Shown: in pieces, positions 38,726 through 47,795 of the stretch
Numbering within the stretch: position 1 is the first letter of the stretch
Layout of the letters: every line of letters starts with the position of its first letter
Assembly (NCBI GenBank): GCA_017451625.1
Contig: JAFTNY010000001.1
Location: forward strand, 1-54,934
DNA: 54,934 nt
Reading direction: 5' to 3'
From: Alphaproteobacteria bacterium
GTDB lineage: Bacteria > Pseudomonadota > Alphaproteobacteria > Rs-D84
The notes under the pieces: generated by a model
Databases searched by the model: none
What the model saw: only the letters and a program-made list of their open reading frames with translations
What the model was told of the DNA's origin: nothing
Program-made: the position numbers and the translations under genes

Positions 38726-40897
38726 TTATTCCTTTACAATTTCATTGCCTGTTTTCTGGTCGATACCAACCATGGACATACGTGTCTTGCCACGTTTATC
38801 TGCACCCAGATAACGAACATAAACTGTGTCGCCTTCTTTGATTTTGGTATCTTCGATTTTTGCAATGCGTTCACCTGTGATTTCAGAAATATGAACCATT
38901 GCTTCGAACCCGTTCATGATTTTCACAAACAGACCAAAATCTTTCATACCAGAAACTGTACCTTTGTAAATCATGCCAACTTCGGGTTCGGCAACGATGT
39001 CTTTGATACGCGCAATGGCATCGTCGGCTTCTTCCTTGGTTGTGGCCATGATTTTAATTGTACCATCATCCGACAGGTCGATTTGTGTGTTTGTTTCACG
39101 TGTCAGGGCCTGAATCACAGAACCACCCTTGCCGATAACTTCACGAACCTTGTCTGGGTTAATCTTCATGGTGTATGCCTGTGGCGCGAATTCAGAAACG
39201 GTGCTGCGTGGCTTTTTGATTGCTTTTTCAATCTTGCCCAAGATGTGCATACGACCGTCTTTGGCCTGTGCCAAGGCGCGTTCCATAATTTCAAACGTAA
39301 TAGATGTGATTTTGATGTCCATCTGCAGGGCGGTAATACCCTGATCTGTACCTGTTACCTTGAAATCCATGTCGCCCAAGTGATCTTCGTCGCCCAAGAT
39401 GTCTGTTAAAATAGCATAGTCGTCGCCTTCCTTGATCAGACCCATTGCGATACCGGCAACAGGACGCTTCATCGGAACACCGCCGTCCATCATTGCCAAT
39501 GTGGCACCACATGTCGTCGCCATTGACGAAGAACCGTTTGATTCCAAAATGTCAGACACAATACGGATTACATAGTCAAATTCACTGCGAGATGGTACCA
39601 TTGGGTGAACCGCACGCCATGCCAAATTACCATGACCGATTTCACGACGACCTGGGGACTTTAAGCCCTTGGCTTCGCCAACGGAATACCCTGGGAAGTT
39701 ATAGTTCAGGATAAAGTCGCGTTCTTCGGCACCGTCCAAAGATTCGATTGGCAATGCGTCTTTGCCACCACCCAATGTCAGGGACACCAATGCCTGAGTT
39801 TCACCGCGTGTAAACAGCGCCGAACCATGTGCGCGTGGTAAAACACCCAATTCAATTTCAATTGGACGAACAGTTTTATTGTCGCGGCCGTCGATACGTG
39901 GTTTACCCGCCAAGATGTTGCCACGCATAATGCGTGCAGTCAGGTTTTCAACAACTTCGTCTGCCCATGATTCCAATGTTGATGATGCACGTTCGGTTTC
40001 TGGGAACAATTCTGGGATGCGTGCCTTGGCCGCAGCGTGAATGTCCGCCAATGTTTCCAAACGAACCAATTTTTCTTTGATTTGCAACGCTTCTTCGATT
40101 GCGCCTGCAAACTGTTCAAAATCAGATTCCATGGCAATGTATTCTGGAGACTTTTCAGGTGTTTCCCAGCGCGCTTTGCCGGCGGCATCGGCCAATTCAT
40201 TGATGGCTGCGATTACAGACTGCTGCGCGTCAAAACCAAATTTTACCGCACCTAATACAGTCGCTTCGTCCAGTTCGCCAATTTCAGATTCAACCATCAA
40301 AACACCGTCTTTGGTCGCCGCAACAACCAAATCCATTTCGGATTCTTCGATGAATTTTTTAGATGGATTTAAAACATACTGGCCATCTGCATAGCCAACA
40401 CGTGCCGCACCAATTGGCCCTTGGAACGGAACGCCAGACAGTGCCAATGCCGCAGACGATGCAATCATTGCCAAGATGTCGGGCTGATTCTTTTTATCAT
40501 ATGAAAATACCTGTGCGATAATCTGAACCTTGTTCTTGAATGTTTCTGGGAACAATGGACGGATTGGACGATCAATCAGACGCGCAGTCAATGTTTCAGC
40601 AGTTGATGCCTTGCCTTCGCGACGGTCGCGCGACCCTGGGATACGACCGGCAGATGCAAATTTTTCCTGATAGTCAACAGTCAAAGGAAAGAAATCTTGC
40701 CCTTCGACGGCCGATTTTTCTGCGCAGACAGTTGCCAGAACCATTGTGCCACCCATTGTCGCCAAAACAGAACCGTTGGCCTGTTTCGCCATACGGCCGG
40801 TTTCCAAGCGCAATGTTTCGTCGCCGTATTGAATTTCAACCGCAACAGGGTTGTTTAATTTTGTTTTTTCGTCTTTGTTAAATAAACCAAATAACAT
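38726..40897 (-). CDS. pnp: Polyribonucleotide nucleotidyltransferase
   Basis: RLIDRPIRPLF, RREIGHG, SNGSSSMA and GDMDFKV, with KH and S1 domains. The start was chosen from SD GGAG 9 nt upstream. Confidence 0.98.
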   Translation of the reverse strand: MLFGLFNKDEKTKLNNPVAVEIQYGDETLRLETGRMAKQANGSVLATMGGTMVLATVCAEKSAVEGQDFFPLTVDYQEKFASAGRIPGSRDRREGKASTAETLTARLIDRPIRPLFPETFKNKVQIIAQVFSYDKKNQPDILAMIASSAALALSGVPFQGPIGAARVGYADGQYVLNPSKKFIEESEMDLVVAATKDGVLMVESEIGELDEATVLGAVKFGFDAQQSVIAAINELADAAGKARWETPEKSPEYIAMESDFEQFAGAIEEALQIKEKLVRLETLADIHAAAKARIPELFPETERASSTLESWADEVVENLTARIMRGNILAGKPRIDGRDNKTVRPIEIELGVLPRAHGSALFTRGETQALVSLTLGGGKDALPIESLDGAEERDFILNYNFPGYSVGEAKGLKSPGRREIGHGNLAWRAVHPMVPSRSEFDYVIRIVSDILESNGSSSMATTCGATLAMMDGGVPMKRPVAGIAMGLIKEGDDYAILTDILGDEDHLGDMDFKVTGTDQGITALQMDIKITSITFEIMERALAQAKDGRMHILGKIEKAIKKPRSTVSEFAPQAYTMKINPDKVREVIGKGGSVIQALTRETNTQIDLSDDGTIKIMATTKEEADDAIARIKDIVAEPEVGMIYKGTVSGMKDFGLFVKIMNGFEAMVHISEITGERIAKIEDTKIKEGDTVYVRYLGADKRGKTRMSMVGIDQKTGNEIVKE

Positions 40898-41006
40898 TAG
40901 TCTTTTCTCCATTTTAAGTTTTTTGATTTTGCGAAGAAAAATCATTCGTTTCTGTATTCTGGGGGCCGATAACAAATACACAAATGAACAATTTCATCTT
41001 CGCCCT

Positions 41007-41042
41007 TGGGGTAAATTATAAAGTATATTTACCCCATTGCAA
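41007..41042 (-). promoter_or_regulatory. pnp promoter overlapped by a 10-bp inverted repeat
   Basis: TTGCAA (41037-41042), 16 nt, TATAAT (41015-41020); IR TGGGGTAAAT (41007-41016) / ATTTACCCCA (41027-41036). Confidence 0.65.
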
Positions 41043-41114
41043 GTTATTAAAATATGGATTTTTTACATAAAAAACGCCGACATTTGCCGGCGTTTGTGTT
41101 TTTTTATTTAGACA

Positions 41115-41780
41115 TTAGAAGCCTTGGGGTGTGTCCATGGTAACCTTGGACACTTTTTTATCCAATGCAGACACAACTTCGTTTGTGATGTCCAAGTTCG
41201 CGGCATCGGCACCTGTGCGCGCCATGCGGCCGTCGATAACCAAAGACAAATTTTTCTTGGCAATTACGCCTTCGATAATTGGATCCAAGTGTTTTGACTG
41301 CAGTTCGTTCAAGGCCTTTTGATAAGATACTTCGATACTCTGTGCGCGTTCGGTCAAATCACGCTGTAATTTTGTGACCTTGTTTTGATAATCAACAACA
41401 CGACGTTGCAGCGCTTCGCGCGACAAGACATCTTGGGATTTTTCAATTTCTGCCTTTTCTTTTTCCAGTGCCTTTTGGTCGCGGGTTAATTCTTCGCGCA
41501 ATTCTGATTCATATTTTTCTTTCTGGGCGCGCAGGTCTTTTAACGCAACCGCTTCGCCCTGAATTGCATCCATACGGATAACTGCAATACGCAGGTTTGC
41601 ACCACTGGCGGCATCTTCGCTGACCACTGTCATGGCATCTGCCACAGATGCGCCATTATCAGAATTTAATGCCGACACAGCCCAAATACCCAACGCCGCA
41701 ACCGCAATAACAACCGCCGCGACAATACCGGTCTTTTTATAGTTTTTTACAACTGTATTTTCTGTTGAATTTTTTACCAT
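41115..41780 (-). CDS. skp: OmpH/Skp periplasmic chaperone
   Basis: RIAVIRMDAI, long coiled coil, NLSLVIDG and DITNEVVSALD. Confidence 0.85.
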   Translation of the reverse strand: MVKNSTENTVVKNYKKTGIVAAVVIAVAALGIWAVSALNSDNGASVADAMTVVSEDAASGANLRIAVIRMDAIQGEAVALKDLRAQKEKYESELREELTRDQKALEKEKAEIEKSQDVLSREALQRRVVDYQNKVTKLQRDLTERAQSIEVSYQKALNELQSKHLDPIIEGVIAKKNLSLVIDGRMARTGADAANLDITNEVVSALDKKVSKVTMDTPQGF

Positions 41781-41891
41781 TTTTCCGTCCTTTTGTTTGT
41801 TATGATGTAAACTATAGCAACAAAATATAGAAAGTAAAACAGAAAGTTATTCCAATAAAAAATCCGCCGTTTGGCGGATTTTTCTGAATCA

Positions 41892-42959
41892 TTATTCCTG
41901 AACAACCGTTTCGACAGTCGCGGATTCAACCACAGGGGTTGGTGCAGGTTCGACCGGTGCAGATGGTGCGTTCAATTCCGCAATCAGCCCTGTCAAACGT
42001 TCCACTGTTTCTATGTCATTTAACGCAACAGCGATTGTATACGACGATTCCAAATCACTGCGTGCGCCATCAATATTGCCCATATTCAAATTTAATGCCG
42101 CAGACTTTTCAAAATAACTCATCGCGCGGTTGGACAATGATTCGCGTTCTTCCATTGTTGGCGCACCCTGAATCTGTTCCGAGATTACGCGAATCGCAGA
42201 TGCATAGTCGTTAATCGCGTCGGCATAATTGGCCAATGCAGTGTACGCTTCGGCGCGTTCGGCATAAACAGTTGGATTTACTGTGCCATCTGGACGGGCC
42301 AAAGAATTTGTGTAATCTGCAACTGCGCCCTGCCAATTTTTCAACCACAGGTTCAACTGGCCACGTTTGGCATACAAATCACGCATTTGCAAAATCGCAC
42401 TGGGGTTCGATGTGTTTGCCGCCAACGCATTGTTAATGTCGTTCATTGCTGCATTGTAATCTTCCAGACGTGTGTTCAACAAAGAACGATCATAGTATGC
42501 AACCGCGTTTGCAGGGTCCTTGCCCAAGGCCGCATTAAAGTCTGCCATTGCATTGCGATAGTCGCCAGACTGCATGTACGCTTCGCCACGCAGAATGTAT
42601 GTATCAACAGATGCGGCACCGGCATCAATCGCCGCCGTCAGGTCAACGATGGCATCTGCCAAATTGCCGGCCAACAATTTTGTTTTGCCGCTTTCATAAA
42701 AGTCGCCAGACTGCAACAATACTTCTTCGGTAATTTCGACGTTGTTGGTGGTTGGCTGAATATTATGGGCGCGCCCCAAAATATAAAATGTTGCCGCAAT
42801 AAAGAACAAAATGATAAACCAATAAACGTAAATCGACAATGACCATGGATTAAAACATGGTTTTGTTTTTTCTGGTTTTACAGATGGCTTGGTTGCCACA
42901 GGCCGCACACGTGTGCGACTTTTTGTGTTAACTGTTTTTTTCGCAGGTGTTTTTTTCAT
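41892..42959 (-). CDS. TPR-repeat membrane-anchored protein
   Basis: Basic N-terminus, a single TM and multiple TPR motifs (YILRGEAY, AYYDRSLL, YAERAEAY). Confidence 0.85.
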   Translation of the reverse strand: MKKTPAKKTVNTKSRTRVRPVATKPSVKPEKTKPCFNPWSLSIYVYWFIILFFIAATFYILGRAHNIQPTTNNVEITEEVLLQSGDFYESGKTKLLAGNLADAIVDLTAAIDAGAASVDTYILRGEAYMQSGDYRNAMADFNAALGKDPANAVAYYDRSLLNTRLEDYNAAMNDINNALAANTSNPSAILQMRDLYAKRGQLNLWLKNWQGAVADYTNSLARPDGTVNPTVYAERAEAYTALANYADAINDYASAIRVISEQIQGAPTMEERESLSNRAMSYFEKSAALNLNMGNIDGARSDLESSYTIAVALNDIETVERLTGLIAELNAPSAPVEPAPTPVVESATVETVVQE

Positions 42960-42989
42960 TATAAATTCCCCCCTTGTGTTAATGGAATA

Positions 42990-43688
42990 TTAGAGAGATT
43001 TTATCGTTTCGTCAATTGTTTTCTGCGATATCTTTTTTATTTTTCCAACACCTAGATTTCCAAGGGTAATTTTTCCGTACGAAACACGATGTAATTTTCG
43101 TACAGGACAACCGCATGCACGCAGTACAATTCGAACTTCGTTCTTTTTTCCTTCGGTTATCGTGATGCGTAAATTATTAGAACCGATTTCTTCGACAATC
43201 ATCGGCGAATACTTTACCCCGTCAACCGTTATGCCACGACGCGCGTTATCCAGTTTGGAAAAATCTGTGCCATTTACCGTCGCAATATATGTGCGCGGAA
43301 TATTAGATGATGGTAATGTTAGTTTGCGCGCCAAATCACCATCGTTGGTCAGCAATAATAAACCTGTTGTTTTATAATCCAATCGACCAACATATTTTAA
43401 ATTGCGATATTCGGGTGGCAGACAGTCATAAATAGTCTTGCGCCCATGCGGATCACGCAACGTTGTCATTGTATTTAGCGGTTTGTGAAATGCATATAAT
43501 TCTGTTTCTGTGCGCAAAGTTATTGTACGTCCATCCAGCGCAACCACATCATCGTTATCAACAAAGAATACCGGCGTATCTATGACAACACCATTTACAC
43601 TGATACGGCCGGCAGAAATCATATCTTCGGCGGCGCGGCGCGATGCGATTCCAGAATCTGCGATGTATTTGGCGATACGGACACTCAT
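42990..43688 (-). CDS. rluB: RsuA/RluB family rRNA pseudouridine synthase
   Basis: S4 domain (RIAKYIADSGIASRR), VGRLDYKTTGLLL and ITEGKKNEVR. Confidence 0.85.
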   Translation of the reverse strand: MSVRIAKYIADSGIASRRAAEDMISAGRISVNGVVIDTPVFFVDNDDVVALDGRTITLRTETELYAFHKPLNTMTTLRDPHGRKTIYDCLPPEYRNLKYVGRLDYKTTGLLLLTNDGDLARKLTLPSSNIPRTYIATVNGTDFSKLDNARRGITVDGVKYSPMIVEEIGSNNLRITITEGKKNEVRIVLRACGCPVRKLHRVSYGKITLGNLGVGKIKKISQKTIDETIKSL

Positions 43689-44350
43689 TTAACCACCCCT
43701 GATGCCTGTGCCACTGCAATGGATGCCGCCAATTCGGCACGCAATATTGTTCGCCCCAATGATATTCCATGTGCGCCAGATGCATCCAACGCAGAAAATT
43801 CAGAATCTGAAAAGCCACCTTCGGGTCCGACCAAGACAGTCGTTGTACCGGTGGGAATTTCGGACGTGGTGGCACCGTATGCAGCGCGTTCATCTGCAAA
43901 AACAACGTTTGACAAATCCAATTCTGAAAAACGAACCGGCGGTAATATCACAGGAACCGTATTACGATTGGATTGTTCGGACGCTTCGATTACTATTTTT
44001 TTCATACGTTCCCAATTAATGTGGTGCGCGGTTGTGCGTTCGGTTATTACCGGCTGAAACTTTGCAACACCCATTTGGGTCGCCATGTTTAGTAAATCAT
44101 CGGTACGCTTAATCGGTGCAAACATTAATGTAATTTGGCCAGATGGGTCTGGGTGTGCGGTCTGCGCCCCAACAACCAATGTGCGACCATCATCAGATAA
44201 ATTTGCCGAATATTCATTACCGTCGCCAAAAACCAAACATTGGGTCGTGCGCATAACGCGCGTCAGATAGTGCGCAACATCACGCGCAACTGGAATCTGG
44301 GTGCCGGTGGCGATGTGTGGCCCGACAAAAATTCGCGGAATATTTTTCAT
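43685..44350 (-). CDS. rsmE: 16S rRNA m3U1498 methyltransferase
   Basis: HYLTRVMR, EASEQS, VGPEGGFS and LGRTILRAE. Confidence 0.95.
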   Translation of the reverse strand: MKNIPRIFVGPHIATGTQIPVARDVAHYLTRVMRTTQCLVFGDGNEYSANLSDDGRTLVVGAQTAHPDPSGQITLMFAPIKRTDDLLNMATQMGVAKFQPVITERTTAHHINWERMKKIVIEASEQSNRNTVPVILPPVRFSELDLSNVVFADERAAYGATTSEIPTGTTTVLVGPEGGFSDSEFSALDASGAHGISLGRTILRAELAASIAVAQASGVVK

Positions 44351-44405
44351 AAATTCTTATTTCCTGATTTATAAATTGTCTTTTTTCTGGTATAATCTTA
44401 ACACC

Positions 44406-46616
44406 ATGGCAGTGAAATTCAACATTTTATCGGCATCAGGCAAAGGGAAAGGTCTGAACATATTCCGTTCATCAGCGTACAAGGAACATGAACAGACACC
44501 ATTGGCGCGTGAATTTTGGTCTATTCGATGGGCGATTATTGTATGGCTGATTGGTGCACTGATGTTCGCGTGTGCGTTCCCGATTGAACATATTTGGCGG
44601 TACGGTTGGTCGCCGGCCAGTAAACAGTGGCTGATAATATACCTGCAAAATATGCTGATGTCAGGTGGGATTTCTGTGCTGGCCGAAGTTCCGTCGTGGA
44701 TTGCGCGATGTGTGATGCGGCCTGATATTCCATGTATAACACCATTGTTGCCGATTATTGGTTATTATTTTCTGTCAGATGGGACAATGTCAGACGAATT
44801 TAATCCACACAGCAAAGATAAGTTTGATGAAAAATCTTCGAACAAGGCATCCAAGACCGACATTGAAAAAATGGGGTTGTTAAAGGGCTTTATGATGGTG
44901 CTGGGGTACTTTAAGAAAAAGCCGTTGATGATGAACGAATGCCTGTCAACGTTGTGTGTCGCGCCCCCAGGGACCGGTAAAACCCAAGGTGTGGTTCTGC
45001 CGACGATTTTTGAATGCAACAACGTGTCGATGATTATTAACGACCCAAAGCCGGAACTGAAACAAAAATCTTCGGCGTATCGTGCGACCATTGGGCCTGT
45101 GTTCATTATGAACTGGGCAGGACAGGACGATCCGGCACGCGGAATTTACTATCCATCGTGGAATCCACTGTCCCCAGGACATGTGCCGTTTAATACCGAA
45201 GAACGCGACCTGTACGTTGATTCGATTGCGAATACACTGATACCAGACCGGTCATCTTCGTCGGCCGACCCGCACTGGACAATCACAGGGCGCGCCGCAT
45301 TAACAGGATTTATTCAATATATTATTTCCAAGGTTGAACGCGCCAAGGCCGATGATTATTTCTATGCCCGTATGTCGAACGGTACATTTAATGCCGAAGA
45401 TGCGGCGGTGTTGGGGGATTACTATCTGTCGATGGCATCTGATCCGAACGCGTATGCGGCGCACGCATTGCTGCAACGTGGGGAATTGAACGCAATGAAC
45501 TATGTCCATGTTGGTACGTGGGAAAATATCCCAGATGCATGGCGTGGACGCGAGGCATCACTGTCGATGATTCTGGACTGGTTAAACGCATCACAAATCG
45601 CGATTGCCGAAGATATTGAAAATCGTCGCCGCCAAGGAGACCAAATGGTCATGATGGCCGATCCAACCAAAGACATGTTTATGAAAGCCGTAGACGAGGC
45701 ACGCCGATACGCATATTCGCATCGTGCGGTCCAAGAACTGACCCAGTTGGCCAGTACACCTGACAAAGAACGTGGTTCTATTATGTCGACGGCGTTGTCT
45801 GGGCTGAATATATTCCGTAATGCCGCGGTGCGCAACCGTACCAGCCATTCAGACTTTCACTTTTCTGACCTGCGCGGAATGATTGACCCACGCGACGGCA
45901 AGATGAAGCCGGTGACGGTGTACCTGTCGATTAATATGGTGGATGCACAGGCATTGAATCCGATTACCGCAATCTTTATCGAATTGATGTCTAATTTCTT
46001 GCTGGCAAACAAACCCGAAGAATACAGAAACGGCGAAAAATTGGGGCCGTATCCGGTGCTGTTCGTTATGGACGAAATGCCCAAGATGCAGAAACTGCGC
46101 GCGGTTATCGAAGGGCCAGATTTGGGACGTGGTCAATCTATCTCTTATCTGATTATCGGACAGGATTTACACCAGATTGCCGAAAAATATGGTGCAGATG
46201 CCGCTGCGACCATTATTTCAACCACCGCGGCCAAGGTGGTGCTGCGCCAGAATGACCCAGATACTGCGGAACGCTTTTCCAAAATGATGGGTTATAAAAT
46301 GAAAAAGAAAATGGTCAAGGGGCCAGACGGCAAAGAAAAAGAAGAAACCAGTCAGGATTTTCTGTATTCAACAATGGATATTTTAAAACTGGATCCAAAG
46401 AAACAGTTGGTAATATTCCAAGGTTGGTATCACCGACCAATCGAGGCCGACCATCAGCAGGCATGGCAAGACCCACGATTACTGGGATTTATGAATATGG
46501 GTGAATGTGCGCCACTGCCTGAATTTTTGGTGCCGGCACATCATCGTGCATTGGGTTATTCGGGTACACCACGAATTTACGACCCACAGACCAAGCAGGT
46601 TAAAGAATTGGCATAA
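44406..46616 (+). CDS. virD4: VirD4/TraG type IV coupling protein
   Basis: N-terminal TMs, Walker A APPGTGKT, INDPKPEL, WNPL, Walker B VMDEMP and GRGQSISYLIIGQDLHQI. Confidence 0.9.
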   Translation: MAVKFNILSASGKGKGLNIFRSSAYKEHEQTPLAREFWSIRWAIIVWLIGALMFACAFPIEHIWRYGWSPASKQWLIIYLQNMLMSGGISVLAEVPSWIARCVMRPDIPCITPLLPIIGYYFLSDGTMSDEFNPHSKDKFDEKSSNKASKTDIEKMGLLKGFMMVLGYFKKKPLMMNECLSTLCVAPPGTGKTQGVVLPTIFECNNVSMIINDPKPELKQKSSAYRATIGPVFIMNWAGQDDPARGIYYPSWNPLSPGHVPFNTEERDLYVDSIANTLIPDRSSSSADPHWTITGRAALTGFIQYIISKVERAKADDYFYARMSNGTFNAEDAAVLGDYYLSMASDPNAYAAHALLQRGELNAMNYVHVGTWENIPDAWRGREASLSMILDWLNASQIAIAEDIENRRRQGDQMVMMADPTKDMFMKAVDEARRYAYSHRAVQELTQLASTPDKERGSIMSTALSGLNIFRNAAVRNRTSHSDFHFSDLRGMIDPRDGKMKPVTVYLSINMVDAQALNPITAIFIELMSNFLLANKPEEYRNGEKLGPYPVLFVMDEMPKMQKLRAVIEGPDLGRGQSISYLIIGQDLHQIAEKYGADAAATIISTTAAKVVLRQNDPDTAERFSKMMGYKMKKKMVKGPDGKEKEETSQDFLYSTMDILKLDPKKQLVIFQGWYHRPIEADHQQAWQDPRLLGFMNMGECAPLPEFLVPAHHRALGYSGTPRIYDPQTKQVKELA

Positions 46617-46628
46617 AAAAGACCGCGT

Positions 46629-46658
46629 TTTGTCATTCCCGCGCAGGCGGGAATAGGG
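46629..46658 (+). repeat. Left inverted repeat (REP/dRS3-like palindrome)
   Basis: TTTGTCATTCCCGCGCAGGCGGGAATAGGG; contains ATTCCC-N8-GGGAAT. Confidence 0.9.
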
Positions 46659-46659
46659 A

Positions 46660-46989
46660 CTATGCTGTTTCTTTGTTTTTCCAAAATTCTATGTTTTTCT
46701 CTAAATCGTCTGCCAAATCAATCCAATTTGGATTCATTGTTTCTATCAGGCGATATTTCCACGCACGTTTCCATTTCTTTAACTGTTTTTCACGTGCGAT
46801 TGCATTATCTACATATTTGTAATATTCAAAATAACCCAATTTGTGAATATTGTGTTCTTTGGTATAACCTTCATCTAATCCCATTTTGTGTTCGTACATT
46901 CGGCGTTCAAGGTTGTTTGTTATACCAATGTATGTTCCTTTGGCACGTTCATCAAATAATATATAAACCCAGAAATTATAATCTTTCAT
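46660..46989 (-). CDS. Small stand-alone GIY-YIG nuclease
   Basis: WVYIL...TYIGITNNLERRMYEHK...AIAREKQLKKWKRAWKYRLIE..NPNW; 109 aa from ATG 46989 (alternative ATG 47007). Confidence 0.9.
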   Translation of the reverse strand: MKDYNFWVYILFDERAKGTYIGITNNLERRMYEHKMGLDEGYTKEHNIHKLGYFEYYKYVDNAIAREKQLKKWKRAWKYRLIETMNPNWIDLADDLEKNIEFWKNKETA

Positions 46990-46998
46990 AACGCTAAA

Positions 46999-47027
46999 AT
47001 TGTACAATGGGACATTTATATTTTCAA
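46999..47027 (-). promoter_or_regulatory. Promoter of the GIY-YIG gene inside the right IR
   Basis: TTGAAA (47022-47027), 17 nt, TACAAT (46999-47004), 9 nt, ATG. Confidence 0.7.
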
Positions 47028-47029
47028 GA

Positions 47030-47059
47030 CCCTATTCCCGCCTGCGCGGGAATGACAAA
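47030..47059 (-). repeat. Right inverted repeat (REP/dRS3-like palindrome)
   Basis: CCCTATTCCCGCCTGCGCGGGAATGACAAA is the exact reverse complement of 46629-46658. Confidence 0.9.
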
Positions 47060-47207
47060 GTTTATTTTTTTAGTTTTACAACAAGACAGTCTTCTACTTA
47101 TAATTTTTGCGGGGGTAGGATGCAGAAGTGATAATTTTTACGCAGACACAAAGATAAATTATTGTTCTCGATTCTTTGTAAAAAAATCCCGCCGGATGGC
47201 GGTTGTT

Positions 47208-47756
47208 TTATTTCGCAGGCGCGACGATAATCGATTTTGTTCGTTCGTCTGGCTTGGATTTAGATTCCAATGCACCACGATCGCCGATAATTTCCAAAAT
47301 GCGTGCAAATAATTCGGGAACTGCGTCTTTGCCGCGGGCCAGAACTTTTTTTGACCCCTTGGTCATAACAGATACTTTGACCTTGTTGCCTTCGGCCAAA
47401 AATTCCAGCACCTTTTTCATTTTGATGTTCAGGTCGTTTTCTTCGATAAACGGTTTGACCCAAACTTCTTTCATTTCGATACTTTTTTGCTTTTTACGTG
47501 CCTCGGACGCGCGTTTCTTTTGTTCGTACTTGAATTTGCCATAGTCCATAATTTTAACAATTGGCGTTTGACCATTGGCGTTGATTTCAACCAAATCCAG
47601 CCCTGCGTCCATTGCCATCTGCAGCGCGTTCGATGTTGGCATAATGCCCAGATTCTGGCCATCAGACGAGATTACTTGAACCGTCTTGGCGAAAATTTTA
47701 TTGTTCATACGTGGACCTGCGTCACGACGATTATCACGATTATTTAAAGGTTTAAT
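47208..47756 (-). CDS. infC: Translation initiation factor IF-3 with ATT start
   Basis: GLDLVEI, VKIMDYGKFKYEQKK, IEENDLNIK and FLAEGNKVKV. The in-frame ATT at 47756 is 6 nt after SD GGAG and adds IKPLNNRDNRRDAGPR. Confidence 0.95.
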   Translation of the reverse strand: MKPLNNRDNRRDAGPRMNNKIFAKTVQVISSDGQNLGIMPTSNALQMAMDAGLDLVEINANGQTPIVKIMDYGKFKYEQKKRASEARKKQKSIEMKEVWVKPFIEENDLNIKMKKVLEFLAEGNKVKVSVMTKGSKKVLARGKDAVPELFARILEIIGDRGALESKSKPDERTKSIIVAPAK

Positions 47757-47795
47757 TGTCTGCTCCTTTGTTAACTATGCGCGAATTATTGACTA

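Larger units (their letters stand above)
46629..47059. mobile_element. Putative IR-bounded GIY-YIG nuclease element (REP-associated nuclease locus)
   Basis: Perfect 30-bp inverted repeats at 46629-46658 and 47030-47059 enclose only a promoter and a GIY-YIG ORF; the interior is AT-rich. Confidence 0.65.

Noticed and set aside
44301-47059. Integrative conjugative element around virD4
   Set aside because: No relaxase, integrase, virB genes or att repeats were seen, and the flanks are core genes.
46615-47075. Target-site duplication and classical IS status for the GIY-YIG unit
   Set aside because: The flanks (..CCGCGT / GTTTAT..) give no symmetric duplication and no DDE or HUH transposase is encoded, so it was not called an IS.
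47060-47180. Possible gene remnant or sRNA beside the right IR
   Set aside because: This AT-rich 120 bp has no recognisable reading frame or stable structure that I can support.
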